From a virus (lineage: Duplodnaviria; Caudoviricetes): a stretch of DNA of 35,731 nucleotides. Shown here in pieces: positions 1 to 8,941 of the stretch. Under the pieces are notes generated by a model. It had not been told where the DNA came from. It worked only from the letters and a program-made list of their open reading frames with translations, and did no database searches. Numbering within the stretch: the stretch's first letter is position 1; each line of letters begins with the position of its first letter. The stretch is from the IMG/VR virus record IMGVR_UViG_3300029318_000037, positions 1 through 35,731 of that record; one strand, written 5' to 3'. The position numbers and the translations under genes were made by a program.

Positions 1-738
1 ATGCCTTTTGAAACTCATGATGAATATGACGATGCATTGCAAAATGACAAATACCATTATGGCAAACCTCATGATGAAGAACAAAAACAAATGTCTGCTA
101 GATTAGAAAAAGCTCTAAAAAAAAAAGCAGATGACCACAATGAATCCGTTGGTGACACTGCAAGTAAAAGAACTACTGTAAGAACACTATATACTGTTTA
201 TAAGCGTGGCATCGGTGCTTATAGAACAAATCCAGAATCAGTTAGACCAAGTGTAAGCAGTCCAGAGCAATGGGCAATGGCTAGGGTAAATTCTTACTTA
301 TACGCTTTAAAAAACGGTAAATTTAGAGGGGGCAAACATGATACTGATTTATTACCAGAAGGTCACCCGCAAAGCACAAAGTCAAATGAAGATGATTACA
401 TTGAAAAACAAACGTATGGTGATTATCCACAAAGCGCAACAAATAACGCAAAACGTGTAAAGAACTGGATTGAAAAACATGGACGCAGTGAAGTAAGGGG
501 AATGACTGAAGTCGGTCTTGCAAGAATGAATCAATTAATTGCTAGAGAAAAATTAAGTTTATCAACATTAAAAAGAACGTTTAGTTTTTTATCAAGAACA
601 AAAGGCGGTGGCTATAATAAAATAAACCCTGACTATAGAGATACGCCTTGGCGTGACAAAGGTTATGTGGCATTCCTTGGCTGGGGTGGTGAAGCAATGT
701 TAAAATATGCTGAAAGAAAATTAAACCAGCTAGATTAA
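1..738 (+). CDS. Head-associated multidomain protein; probably the C-terminal extension of the portal ORF starting at 34225
   Basis: Two motif blocks typical of uncharacterised phage head modules: VYKRGIGAY...EQWAMARVNSYL and VGLARMNQL...LSLSTLKRTFSFLSR...LGWGG. Lies between portal and MuF when the genome is circularised. Confidence 0.7.
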   Translation: MPFETHDEYDDALQNDKYHYGKPHDEEQKQMSARLEKALKKKADDHNESVGDTASKRTTVRTLYTVYKRGIGAYRTNPESVRPSVSSPEQWAMARVNSYLYALKNGKFRGGKHDTDLLPEGHPQSTKSNEDDYIEKQTYGDYPQSATNNAKRVKNWIEKHGRSEVRGMTEVGLARMNQLIAREKLSLSTLKRTFSFLSRTKGGGYNKINPDYRDTPWRDKGYVAFLGWGGEAMLKYAERKLNQLD

Positions 739-739
739 A

Positions 740-1570
740 ATGATAAAAAATAGGAATGAATGGCAAAAAGCATTTGAACGTCAAATGGACATTGCAGAAC
801 GTAAAAGCATTGCTGAAGTAAAACGTTTTTATAAGTCAGAATACAATAAAGGCATTCAATCATTTTTATCTATGAATGCAACTAATTACGAAAACACATT
901 TGTAATTGACGATCTTACAAAACTTTATAGAAACTTATATGTTAAAATAGGTTTGCATTTTGCTAAATGGTATGCGCGTACTTTTGATAAATACATAACA
1001 AAAGGCGTGAACCCTAAACAATTTGAGAGTTTTTGGGCCGAAAGGTTTGCTTTTTTAGGAATGTCTATTGGCGCTAAACGTGTTACGTTAGTTTCTGGCA
1101 CAGCAAAAAAAACATTAAGAAAAATATTGACTGGTTTTATGTCTGACGAAAACTTTATGGCAATGGGCGTAGATCAGCAAGCTAGAGTTTTAAGAAATAC
1201 ATTTAACACATACAGTGCAAATCAAGCTACAAGATTAGTTAGAACAGAAGCAACAGCAGCGGCTAATTTTGCAACGATGCAAAGCGCACAAACAATTTTT
1301 CCTGGATCACAAATGAAAAAAGAATGGATTGCTAGTTTTGATGATAGAACACGTGATGCACATGCTGAAGCTGACGGATCAATAGTTAATCATGGTGACG
1401 CTTTTTTAGTTGGTGGTGATTTTATGCAATATCCTGGTGATCCAGCTGGAAGTGCTGCTAATGTTATCAATTGTAGATGTAGTGTTGCGCCATTTCCAGT
1501 AGAAGATGCGCAATCAATTGCAGATATAGAGGATATAGGTTTTGGTCTAGCTAGTCAACCAACATTTTAA
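740..1570 (+). CDS. Phage head morphogenesis protein (MuF / SPP1 gp7 family)
   Basis: Motifs RLVRTE, KKEWIASFDDRTRDAH and YPGDP...NVINCRC; position between portal and protease. Confidence 0.9.
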   Translation: MIKNRNEWQKAFERQMDIAERKSIAEVKRFYKSEYNKGIQSFLSMNATNYENTFVIDDLTKLYRNLYVKIGLHFAKWYARTFDKYITKGVNPKQFESFWAERFAFLGMSIGAKRVTLVSGTAKKTLRKILTGFMSDENFMAMGVDQQARVLRNTFNTYSANQATRLVRTEATAAANFATMQSAQTIFPGSQMKKEWIASFDDRTRDAHAEADGSIVNHGDAFLVGGDFMQYPGDPAGSAANVINCRCSVAPFPVEDAQSIADIEDIGFGLASQPTF

Positions 1571-1583
1571 AAAATTAAATTCG

Positions 1584-1591
1584 TATCTTTA
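1584..1591 (+). promoter_or_regulatory. Bacteroidota -7-like promoter variant (TATCTTTA) for protease/capsid
   Basis: One mismatch to TAnnTTTG, intergenic, 14 nt before the ATG at 1606. Confidence 0.45.
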
Positions 1592-1605
1592 ATAAAATTT
1601 TTGTT

Positions 1606-2295
1606 ATGGGTAATATTATATTTAAACAAGCGCCAATTGGCGAATTATTAGATGCCGATGAGTATGCTGGTATTGTAAAAGGTTATGGGTCTTATTTTGG
1701 TAATATCGATTCTGATAAAGACGTGATTATGAAAGGCGCATATAAAAAGACAATTGCAGAAAATGGTAATAGGGTAAAATATTTGTATCAACACAACATG
1801 ATGCAACCTATTGGTAAAATGAAAGAGATGTATGAAGATGACAAAGGTCTTGTATTTGTTGCAGAAATTGCTAAAACGCAATTAGGTAAAGATGTAGTTG
1901 AATTAATGAAATCAGGTGTTTTAACTGAAAATTCTGTTGGTATTATGCCAATACAAAAAGAAAACAAAAATGGTTATAGGGAAATATCAGAGGTTAAGCT
2001 ATATGAAATTAGCGCTGTCACCTTAGCTGCAAATGAAGAAGCTAAAATATTAGATGTTAAAGGTAATGTAGATTATGATAAGTTAAGTAAGCGTTATGAC
2101 AATCTTTGTAAAATAATCCGTAAAGGCGAAATATCTGATGACTTAGGTTATGCGCTTGAAGCGGAAATTTTAAAACTAAAATCTTTATTTATGGAGTTCA
2201 CAAAGCCGACTGATGACGTCACTTTGCCGAATGTCGAAAGTAAAACACAAGATTTCGATATGTATAGTTATTTAATTAATTCCTTAAAAAAATAA
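1606..2295 (+). CDS. HK97-family prohead protease
   Basis: Motifs GYGSYFGNIDSDKD, LYQHN..QPIG and LYEISAVTLAAN; directly upstream of capsid. Confidence 0.93.
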   Translation: MGNIIFKQAPIGELLDADEYAGIVKGYGSYFGNIDSDKDVIMKGAYKKTIAENGNRVKYLYQHNMMQPIGKMKEMYEDDKGLVFVAEIAKTQLGKDVVELMKSGVLTENSVGIMPIQKENKNGYREISEVKLYEISAVTLAANEEAKILDVKGNVDYDKLSKRYDNLCKIIRKGEISDDLGYALEAEILKLKSLFMEFTKPTDDVTLPNVESKTQDFDMYSYLINSLKK

Positions 2296-2297
2296 AA

Positions 2298-3503
2298 ATG
2301 GAAGAAAATGTAAAACAACAGCTAGATCAATTAGGCAATATTATTGACGAAAAAATTGAGAAAGCTAATGCTCAGGTGCAAACGCGCACCGATGGTAAGA
2401 TTGATGAAACCTTAAAAGGTGAAATCAAAAATCTTACTGAAAAATTTAATGAGAGAATGGACAATATGGAAGTTGCTAATAAGAAAAACTTCGATTCGTT
2501 ACAAACTCAAAAAGAATCTAAGGATTTCAAAAGTGCTTTAATTAAATCAATTAATGAAGGTGCTATTGACGCTTTAAAAAACGGTTCATCAAGAGGTGCT
2601 AGTTTTGAAGTTAAAGCTGACATGACTGTTGGTGCTGACTTTACTGGCGAAGTAATCCCAGCACAAAGAGTTCCTGGTTATTACTTTGACCCTAACAGAC
2701 CGCAAAACATTAGACAATTAATTCCTAGTGGATCAACTGCTTCTGATGTTGTAAGGTTTGTATCTGAATCTGGTTATTCTAATGGTGCAGCAGCTGCGGC
2801 TGAAGGTAGCACGTTAGGTCAAACGGATTTTGATATGACTGCGACAAGTGTTAATGTTGAAAAAATTGGTACTTATTTAAGAATTTCTGAAGAAATGTTA
2901 GCTGATACGCCACAGCTTACTAGCTATATTTCAAACAGAGTTCCAGCTAAATTAATGGAAGTAGAAGATGACCAATTACTTGGTGGTTCTGGTGTTGCAC
3001 CAAACCTAAAAGGTTTATTAAATTCATCTACTGATTTTGATGAAAGTGCAAGTGGTGCGTTTACTGACAAAGTAGTTGCGCCAAATGAGTTTGACGTATT
3101 AGTTGCAGCTATTAACCAAATGGCTTTAAACAACTACAGACCAAACTTTATTCTTTTAAATCCAACAGATTTTCACCAAATCTTGTTAACTAAAGACACT
3201 ACTAACAACTATATTAAGGATCAAGTTTATCAAGGACTTGCGCCTAGCTTTATGGGTGTGCCAGTTGTACAAAACGTACAATTACAGGCGGGTAAATTCT
3301 TAGTTGGAGATTTTGCTAATTCATGTCAAATGTGGGTTAGAGATAATTTATCTGTTGAGTTCTTTAGAGAAGATGGAACTAACGTTAGAGATGGTTTCGT
3401 TACTGTTAGAGCAGTTGAAAGAGTTGCATTAGCAACTTACTTACCTAAGGGTATCATAAACGGTACATTTAGTTCAGCAATTGCAGCAATTACTAAGCCG
3501 TAA
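2298..3503 (+). CDS. HK97-fold major capsid protein with N-terminal coiled-coil delta domain
   Basis: ~106-aa helical N-terminus, then ISEEMLAD, EDDQLLGGSG..PNLKG and FLVGDF; followed by a strong terminator. Confidence 0.95.
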   Translation: MEENVKQQLDQLGNIIDEKIEKANAQVQTRTDGKIDETLKGEIKNLTEKFNERMDNMEVANKKNFDSLQTQKESKDFKSALIKSINEGAIDALKNGSSRGASFEVKADMTVGADFTGEVIPAQRVPGYYFDPNRPQNIRQLIPSGSTASDVVRFVSESGYSNGAAAAAEGSTLGQTDFDMTATSVNVEKIGTYLRISEEMLADTPQLTSYISNRVPAKLMEVEDDQLLGGSGVAPNLKGLLNSSTDFDESASGAFTDKVVAPNEFDVLVAAINQMALNNYRPNFILLNPTDFHQILLTKDTTNNYIKDQVYQGLAPSFMGVPVVQNVQLQAGKFLVGDFANSCQMWVRDNLSVEFFREDGTNVRDGFVTVRAVERVALATYLPKGIINGTFSSAIAAITKP

Positions 3504-3520
3504 TCTTACTTTAAATTAAT

Positions 3521-3552
3521 AAAAAGGGCGCTATTTTAGCGCCTTTTTTTTT
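3521..3552 (+). terminator. Rho-independent terminator after capsid gene
   Basis: AAAAAGGGCGCTA-ttt-TAGCGCC followed by a 9-T run. Confidence 0.9.
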
Positions 3553-3625
3553 GCTCTCTATATCTGTAAATGAAAAAATATTTAAAAAAAAACTAAAAAT
3601 ATTTTTTTAATTCAATATGATTTAT

Positions 3626-3633
3626 TAGTTTTG
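3626..3633 (+). promoter_or_regulatory. Bacteroidota -7 promoter element TAGTTTTG for the accessory cassette
   Basis: Exact TAnnTTTG in the intergenic region ~30 nt before the ATG at 3663. Confidence 0.65.
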
Positions 3634-3662
3634 TTATCAACAAACAATTAAAAATTAAAAAG

Positions 3663-3908
3663 ATGTTAGAATTTATAAAAGAATTAGATAGAGAGCATAG
3701 AGAATTTGAAAGCACCCCTTTTGCTATGCAATTTAGGACAAAACATGACGACATGGGTCATATACAAAGGGATAGGCCATCATGGTCTGGCGATTTGGAA
3801 TGGGCGATATTTTTCAACACAAAATGTGTTCATGTGTCTAAGGGTTTAACTAGCGCAATCAATAAATTAAATAAATTAGGTGTAAAGCAAAGTGATTTAT
3901 TTTTTTAA
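3663..3908 (+). CDS. Hypothetical protein (81 aa)
   Basis: ORF with A-rich leader downstream of a promoter motif. Confidence 0.7.
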   Translation: MLEFIKELDREHREFESTPFAMQFRTKHDDMGHIQRDRPSWSGDLEWAIFFNTKCVHVSKGLTSAINKLNKLGVKQSDLFF

Positions 3909-3960
3909 GATAAATTATTAGATTAACGAAAGAAAACAATTATTAAATAAAAATATAAAT

Positions 3961-4197
3961 ATGAAAACAAGTTTAGAAATTATGCTAGATGGCATAGCAA
4001 AAAAGAAGTACAATGAGAAGTACAAATATTGTACAAAAAAAGAACAAATGCAGTGTTTAATTTACTTAGATCAAGATTTAAAAATAATGCGAGAAAAAGA
4101 GCAAGTCGAAACCCACGTTAAAAAGTGTCTTACATGCATTCTGGCGATACTTCTCTTTGGTTTGGTAGGTATGGCTGTAATTAACTTTTTTTCGTAA
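3961..4197 (+). CDS. Hypothetical protein with C-terminal transmembrane helix
   Basis: Hydrophobic C-terminus CILAILLFGLVGMAVINFF. Confidence 0.7.
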   Translation: MKTSLEIMLDGIAKKKYNEKYKYCTKKEQMQCLIYLDQDLKIMREKEQVETHVKKCLTCILAILLFGLVGMAVINFFS

Positions 4198-4316
4198 TGG
4201 ACGGTTATTTAACGCCTTATGAGGAATTGGAATTTATTTGCAGTGTTTGTGAAAAACCATTAGCTAAGGATCAATATTATTGTTCTAACAGTTGTTTTGA
4301 AGCCGACATGCGATGA
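4197..4316 (+). CDS. Small Zn-ribbon-like protein (39 aa; not in ORF track)
   Basis: MDGYLTPYEELEFICSVCEKPLAKDQYYCSNSCFEADMR with CxxC...CxxxC; TAATG and ATGA coupling to both neighbours. Confidence 0.7.
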   Translation: MDGYLTPYEELEFICSVCEKPLAKDQYYCSNSCFEADMR

Positions 4317-4456
4317 ATAAAGATTTTATAAAATATATATTATGTGTTTTATTGCTTATATTTAGTTTGAGGCAATTGCACAATTATAATGACATAACGG
4401 GGTTTTTATTTTTAATGATCCTGTTTTTTTCAGTTGCGTCTAATCGCAACACATAA
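4313..4456 (+). CDS. Small two-TM membrane protein (47 aa; not in ORF track)
   Basis: MNKDFIKYILCVLLLIFSLRQLHNYNDITGFLFLMILFFSVASNRNT; ATGA overlap with the upstream ORF; ends just before a terminator. Confidence 0.6.
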   Translation: MNKDFIKYILCVLLLIFSLRQLHNYNDITGFLFLMILFFSVASNRNT

Positions 4457-4480
4457 TTTTGATTAGTTTTTGTTAGTTAG

Positions 4481-4515
4481 AAAAAGCCAGGTAAAATTAT
4501 TTATCTGGTTTTTTT
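4481..4515 (+). terminator. Rho-independent terminator
   Basis: AAAAAGCCAGgtaaa...tttatCTGG followed by a T run. Confidence 0.75.
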
Positions 4516-4900
4516 GTATCTTATAGCTGTGGATAGCAACTTACTTGGCTGTACAGCTGAATATAAATTTGCCACTATGGCAATGGAAAGCGGATTGAAA
4601 GTATCAATGCCCTTACTAGATTCTTCACCTTATGATTGCATTGTTGAATTACCTGATTTTAAACTAAGAAAAATACAAATAAAATCAACAGCAAAACCAG
4701 TAGTGCCACGTGGCATACATGTTACTTTACATACTAAGAATAGATATTATAGATTAAATGAGGTTGACTATTTTGCAATATGGATTCAAGTTTTTTCTGG
4801 TTTTTTTATAATTAAAAATACTGGAACTAACAGCGCATTTAAATTTACTAGGCATGGTAAATATTCAAATAATTTTAATAACTTTGCAATTATAGATTAA
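4514..4900 (+). CDS. Free-standing PD-(D/E)XK endonuclease (group I intron-associated type); start may be GTG at 4529
   Basis: Motifs G..AEYKF, VSMPLLDSSPYDCIVE, IQIKS and VDYFAIW. Confidence 0.8.
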   Translation: MYLIAVDSNLLGCTAEYKFATMAMESGLKVSMPLLDSSPYDCIVELPDFKLRKIQIKSTAKPVVPRGIHVTLHTKNRYYRLNEVDYFAIWIQVFSGFFIIKNTGTNSAFKFTRHGKYSNNFNNFAIID

Positions 4901-4940
4901 TCTTTTTTCCCGATAGATTATTTTTATTTGTTTTCATTAT

Positions 4941-4975
4941 AAAAGTGCTACAAAAAATTGTGGCACTTTTTTTTT
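4941..4975 (+). terminator. Rho-independent terminator
   Basis: AAAAGTGCTACAA-aaaa-TTGTGGCACTTTT plus a T run. Confidence 0.85.
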
Positions 4976-4997
4976 ATCTTTACATAAAATAAATATT

Positions 4998-5195
4998 ATG
5001 AAATTAAAAGCATTAATGTCATTAAATCATAAAGGTAAAAGTTATGATGTAGGTGACGAAATAAAAGTTGACGAAGATAAGGTCCAAGTTTTTATAGACA
5101 AAGGTTGGGCTTGTAAAGAAGCTAAGTCAAAAAAAAAGGAAACTAAAGAGTTAAAAAAAGAATCAATAGAAACTAAAGACGATGCGTCAGAATAA
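4998..5195 (+). CDS. Small head-module protein of the type that usually follows HK97 capsid genes
   Basis: Motif Y.VGDEI.V......FIDKGWA with a K/E-rich tail; overlaps the connector gene. Confidence 0.7.
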   Translation: MKLKALMSLNHKGKSYDVGDEIKVDEDKVQVFIDKGWACKEAKSKKKETKELKKESIETKDDASE

Positions 5196-5706
5196 AATTA
5201 ATTCAACTACTGGTTCAGAAATAGTATCAACAAGCGATCTAAAATTATACGCCAGAATTGATACTACAGCTGACGATACGCTTATAGCGAGAATGTTAGT
5301 GCAAGCCAGAATTTGGTGCGAAAATTATATTAGTAAAGACATTGTTGCTAAAAATAGAACATATTATATTGATGAATCAAAAAGCGGTATGTTTGATTTA
5401 CCTTTTGCGCCAGTTTCTAGTATAACTTCAGTACATGTTGACAATGTTGCAACTACAGATTTTACAGTTTTAGGATTAGACAAAGAAACTATTGAATTAG
5501 ACAATGGCCCAGCAAATAATATAAAAGTTGTTTATGTAACAAGTGGTATTGATAATAATTTATTACAACAAGCAATTTTGCAATTAGCTGCAACGTATTA
5601 TGATCATAGGTCTGATATTTTTGATGGTAATTCTAAAATAGGTGTTGTTGAAATACCAACTAGTGTTAAAAATATATTAAGTTCTTATAGATCAATGTTT
5701 ATATAA
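5182..5706 (+). CDS. Head-tail connector protein (HK97 gp6 / SPP1 gp15-like)
   Basis: Motifs LKLYARID...DDTLI, CENY and QAILQLAATYYDHR. Confidence 0.88.
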   Translation: MRQNKINSTTGSEIVSTSDLKLYARIDTTADDTLIARMLVQARIWCENYISKDIVAKNRTYYIDESKSGMFDLPFAPVSSITSVHVDNVATTDFTVLGLDKETIELDNGPANNIKVVYVTSGIDNNLLQQAILQLAATYYDHRSDIFDGNSKIGVVEIPTSVKNILSSYRSMFI

Positions 5707-6032
5707 TGGACGCTGGAAAATTAAACGACAGAATTACAATAAAAAGATTAACTAGAGTTAGCGATAATTTTGGTGGTTTTAACTCGACATTAGCTGACGT
5801 AAAAAGCGCATGGTGTGAATTTAAACAAGTTTCTGGTGAAATAGAAATGGAAAACGGTAAACGTCAAAGAAGCATTGTTGCTGAGTTAATATTAAGAAAA
5901 AAAACAGCTGACGATATTGTTGTTGGCGATATATTTGTTTTAGAGGGGCAAACCAATAAGTTTAGAATAAACGAAATGTTTGAATCTGAATTAAAATATT
6001 ATGTAAAAATTAAAGCAACAAAAGTAGATTAA
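5706..6032 (+). CDS. Head closure / head-tail adaptor (SPP1 gp16-like)
   Basis: N-terminus MDAGKLNDRITI...DNFGG; position after connector. Confidence 0.85.
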   Translation: MDAGKLNDRITIKRLTRVSDNFGGFNSTLADVKSAWCEFKQVSGEIEMENGKRQRSIVAELILRKKTADDIVVGDIFVLEGQTNKFRINEMFESELKYYVKIKATKVD

Positions 6033-6481
6033 TGAAAGCAACTGTAAAAATAAATCAAAGCGACTTAAACAACTTAAACAAAAAAATAGCTTTTTTTAAG
6101 GGGTTTGATAAAAATGTTTTATCTACTGAATTAGCAAGAACTGCTATGGATATTGCAAGGGAAGCTAAAAAAAATGTTGCAAGAAATGCTAATGATACTG
6201 GTGCTTTAAAACAATCTATAACGCCAGTGATAAAAGGTAAAACAGTTTCAGTAGTAGCTAATAAAAAATATGCGCCATACATTGAATTTGGCACTGGTAG
6301 ATTAGTAAGTTTAGATGACATGTTAGAATTAGGAATACCAAGCACATACGCAATGCAATTTAAAGGCAAAGGTTTACGTGAGGTGAATTTACCAGCTAGA
6401 CCATTTTTATTTAGTAGCGCAAGAATAGGTATGCGTAACTTAATAGATAGATTAACAAAAAGAATAGAAAAAATTAGATAA
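6032..6481 (+). CDS. HK97 gp10-family neck protein
   Basis: Motifs DTGALKQSI, YAPYIEFGT and PARPFL. Confidence 0.88.
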   Translation: MKATVKINQSDLNNLNKKIAFFKGFDKNVLSTELARTAMDIAREAKKNVARNANDTGALKQSITPVIKGKTVSVVANKKYAPYIEFGTGRLVSLDDMLELGIPSTYAMQFKGKGLREVNLPARPFLFSSARIGMRNLIDRLTKRIEKIR

Positions 6482-6918
6482 TGTTAGAGGCAATACATTT
6501 TGTGCGTAAAGCAATTATTACAAAATTAACAAACAATGTTAGTATTGATTCAGCTAACGTGCCTGTTTATGGGCGTGTTCCAAATAACGCATCTTATCCA
6601 TATATAAGAATTTATTCAGTTTCTAATAATGAAATAGACCAAAACGCAACACAATTTAACATGGAAACTATTACCAGAATAGAATGCGTAGCAAGATACG
6701 TTTCTGACGATGGTGGTGAATTTGACGTTAATTCAATGGTTTCACAATGTTTAAATTTATTAAGAACAAGATCATCAAATTATATAAATCTATCATCCGA
6801 TGGGTTTACCGTTTATACAAGTACAAATGACGGTGTGACTTATTTTGAAGATGATTTAACAGATCATACATACTATAGAGGTATAATAGAATTATCAAAC
6901 CGTATAACACAAAATTAA
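6481..6918 (+). CDS. Tail completion / terminator protein (DUF3168-like)
   Basis: Motif VYGRVP.NASYPYI; position after gp10-like gene. Confidence 0.75.
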   Translation: MLEAIHFVRKAIITKLTNNVSIDSANVPVYGRVPNNASYPYIRIYSVSNNEIDQNATQFNMETITRIECVARYVSDDGGEFDVNSMVSQCLNLLRTRSSNYINLSSDGFTVYTSTNDGVTYFEDDLTDHTYYRGIIELSNRITQN

Positions 6919-6919
6919 A

Positions 6920-7222
6920 ATGGCACAAAAATTAAGTGAAGAAACAGAAGTAAAATTAGATTTAAAAACAATAGGTATTATTGTAGGTGGCGCTATAAGT
7001 TTAGCAAGTATGTATTTTGCTTTAAAATCTGATATTGCAATGGCAAAAGAATTACCAGAACCAGAAGTTTCTAAAATCGAATGGTCTTATAAGGATGAAT
7101 TGGTGCGATCAGAAATTAGTAATACAAATGAAAAAGTAGAAGGTTTGGAAAAATCTGTTGGTGAAATTAAAGAACAATTAAATAAAATTGATGAGAGATT
7201 ATATCAAATATCAAAAAAATAA
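6920..7222 (+). CDS. Single-TM protein with C-terminal coiled coil
   Basis: TM segment TIGIIVGGAISLASMYFAL; heptad pattern VEGLEKSVGEIKEQLNKIDERL. Confidence 0.75.
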   Translation: MAQKLSEETEVKLDLKTIGIIVGGAISLASMYFALKSDIAMAKELPEPEVSKIEWSYKDELVRSEISNTNEKVEGLEKSVGEIKEQLNKIDERLYQISKK

Positions 7223-7225
7223 TAA

Positions 7226-7561
7226 ATGAAAAAATTATGTGTAACAATTGCATTTTTGGTGACTTTTGTGAGTTTTGCTCAAAATAAAGATGACATTACT
7301 GTTATTTATTACAGTGCTAAATTTATACCAGATGTAGATTTATCAGATTATAATGATTATAATTTGCAAAAATTTTATATAGATAAAAACCCTGAAATTT
7401 TATCTGAGGAAAAAATTAAATATTTACCAACCATTATTTTGTATAATGATGGTGAACAAATATTAAAAATAGAAAGTGATATTAGTTTAAAATTAAAACC
7501 TGAAAATTGGATAGATATTTTGCAAGAACATATAGAGGAGTTGTTATCGCAACGCTTTTAA
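7226..7561 (+). CDS. Exported thioredoxin-like fold protein lacking CxxC
   Basis: Signal peptide ending SFA|Q; VIYYSAKF and KIKYLPTIILYNDGE resemble the thioredoxin beta strand and cis-Pro loop. Confidence 0.6.
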   Translation: MKKLCVTIAFLVTFVSFAQNKDDITVIYYSAKFIPDVDLSDYNDYNLQKFYIDKNPEILSEEKIKYLPTIILYNDGEQILKIESDISLKLKPENWIDILQEHIEELLSQRF

Positions 7562-7914
7562 CTTGTAATGTATATAGTCAATTTGAATCAGATAAATTAA
7601 GTCATTTTTTAGGTGGTTATTCTAGTGGCGCATTTGCCTATGAATATACTTATCAAAAAACTAACAATAAAAAAAAGGCGTTTGTAAGCGGTTTGTTAGG
7701 TTCTTTAATTGTTGGGTCAGCAAAAGAATTTCACGACAGCAGACAGCTTAATAATAGCTTTGACAAAAACGATTTACTCGCTACTTTTACTGGTGGCATA
7801 ATAGTAAGTTTGACTTTTAACATTTTAAAAAAAAATAAAAATGAAAAAATACATAACAATCTTGTTCGCAATTATCGTAAGTATAAACGTAAACGCGCAA
7901 GAAAAAAAAGATAA
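7507..7914 (+). CDS. Membrane protein, YfiM/DUF2279-like
   Basis: Motif set DK..HF..G, G..KE..D and DL.A...G with hydrophobic helices; highly basic C-tail. Confidence 0.65.
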   Translation: MDRYFARTYRGVVIATLLTCNVYSQFESDKLSHFLGGYSSGAFAYEYTYQKTNNKKKAFVSGLLGSLIVGSAKEFHDSRQLNNSFDKNDLLATFTGGIIVSLTFNILKKNKNEKIHNNLVRNYRKYKRKRARKKR

Positions 7915-8941
7915 TATTTTTAAGAAAATATTTAAATATGCTACACCTTACGTAAGTTACTCACAATCAAATAGTTTGCAAGGCATACAAACATTTTACG
8001 TGACACAACAATCAGAATTAATAGAAACTACTGTAAAAAATCCAGAAAACTTTGCATTTAACTTTGGTCTGCGTAAACTAGCTAGATTTGGATATGAAGA
8101 AAGAGTTAATTTTTACGATGGTAATGAATCTAAAAATGTTACACAAAATTCTAACGTAGGAAGTGTTGACGGATTAGAATATTTATTTAACGTTTCAAAT
8201 GGTCGCCAACAAGGTGTAGAGTTTATAAACAGACAATATTTTATTAGATACGTTGCTAAAAATTATATAATAAAAGCAGAACATTTAAAAAATGAAATTG
8301 TAGATATTGAATACAATTCATTAGACGTAAGATTTAAATTACCGATAGGTAAAAGATTAAGTTTTGCTGTAGGTGCAATTGCGCGTACAAACCCAGTAGC
8401 TTATGGTCATAACCCGATACAAAAGTATTTTGATGAAGGCAATAATTGGTGGGATTTAAGTTATGCTATAGGCCACACTGATCAACTATTTGAAATGACT
8501 GATGTTAGCACTGGTGAATTTTTAGGTTATGATTATTTATGGTTTGATCAAAATGGCGTTCAAATAAGTTCGTCAGACGAAGATTATAGACGATTGCATT
8601 TTGGTAATATTGTTAATCAATTTAACGCCAATGAACTTGCGCAAATAGGTGACTTTACTTATTTATCAGCAATAGCATCATTAGATTACTATTTCTACAG
8701 AAAAAACATTTGGATTCATGGTTTTATAAACGCATTACCGTATCATAAATTGTTAGACGGTGATGAAAGATATTCTTATGATAATTTTATTGGTGATGAC
8801 AAATGGTTAGATGTTCAGGGTGGTATTATATTTGGCTTTCGTATAAACAAATGGTTTGGGTTATTTAGTGAATATAATTACCAATCATATTGGGGCAAAG
8901 AATTACAAAGTATTAAAACAGGTATAAACATTAGATTATGA
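7841..8941 (+). CDS. Putative outer-membrane beta-barrel protein
   Basis: Signal peptide ending VNA|Q; many amphipathic aromatic-rich strands (FAFNFGLRK, SLDVRFKL, SLDYYFY, GIIFGFRI); C-terminal strand KTGINIRL. Confidence 0.6.
   Translation: MKKYITILFAIIVSINVNAQEKKDNIFKKIFKYATPYVSYSQSNSLQGIQTFYVTQQSELIETTVKNPENFAFNFGLRKLARFGYEERVNFYDGNESKNVTQNSNVGSVDGLEYLFNVSNGRQQGVEFINRQYFIRYVAKNYIIKAEHLKNEIVDIEYNSLDVRFKLPIGKRLSFAVGAIARTNPVAYGHNPIQKYFDEGNNWWDLSYAIGHTDQLFEMTDVSTGEFLGYDYLWFDQNGVQISSSDEDYRRLHFGNIVNQFNANELAQIGDFTYLSAIASLDYYFYRKNIWIHGFINALPYHKLLDGDERYSYDNFIGDDKWLDVQGGIIFGFRINKWFGLFSEYNYQSYWGKELQSIKTGINIRL

Noticed and set aside
423-431. Perfect DnaA box TTATCCACA
   Set aside because: Single copy inside a CDS; such a match is plausible by chance at this length and AT content, and no cluster was seen.
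4440-4990. Group I intron around the endonuclease
   Set aside because: No interrupted gene, flanks too short for a ribozyme core, and the hairpins look like terminators.
7507-7570. LLTC as an o-spanin lipobox
   Set aside because: Poor lipobox match and the protein is multi-pass hydrophobic, unlike o-spanins; not fully excluded.
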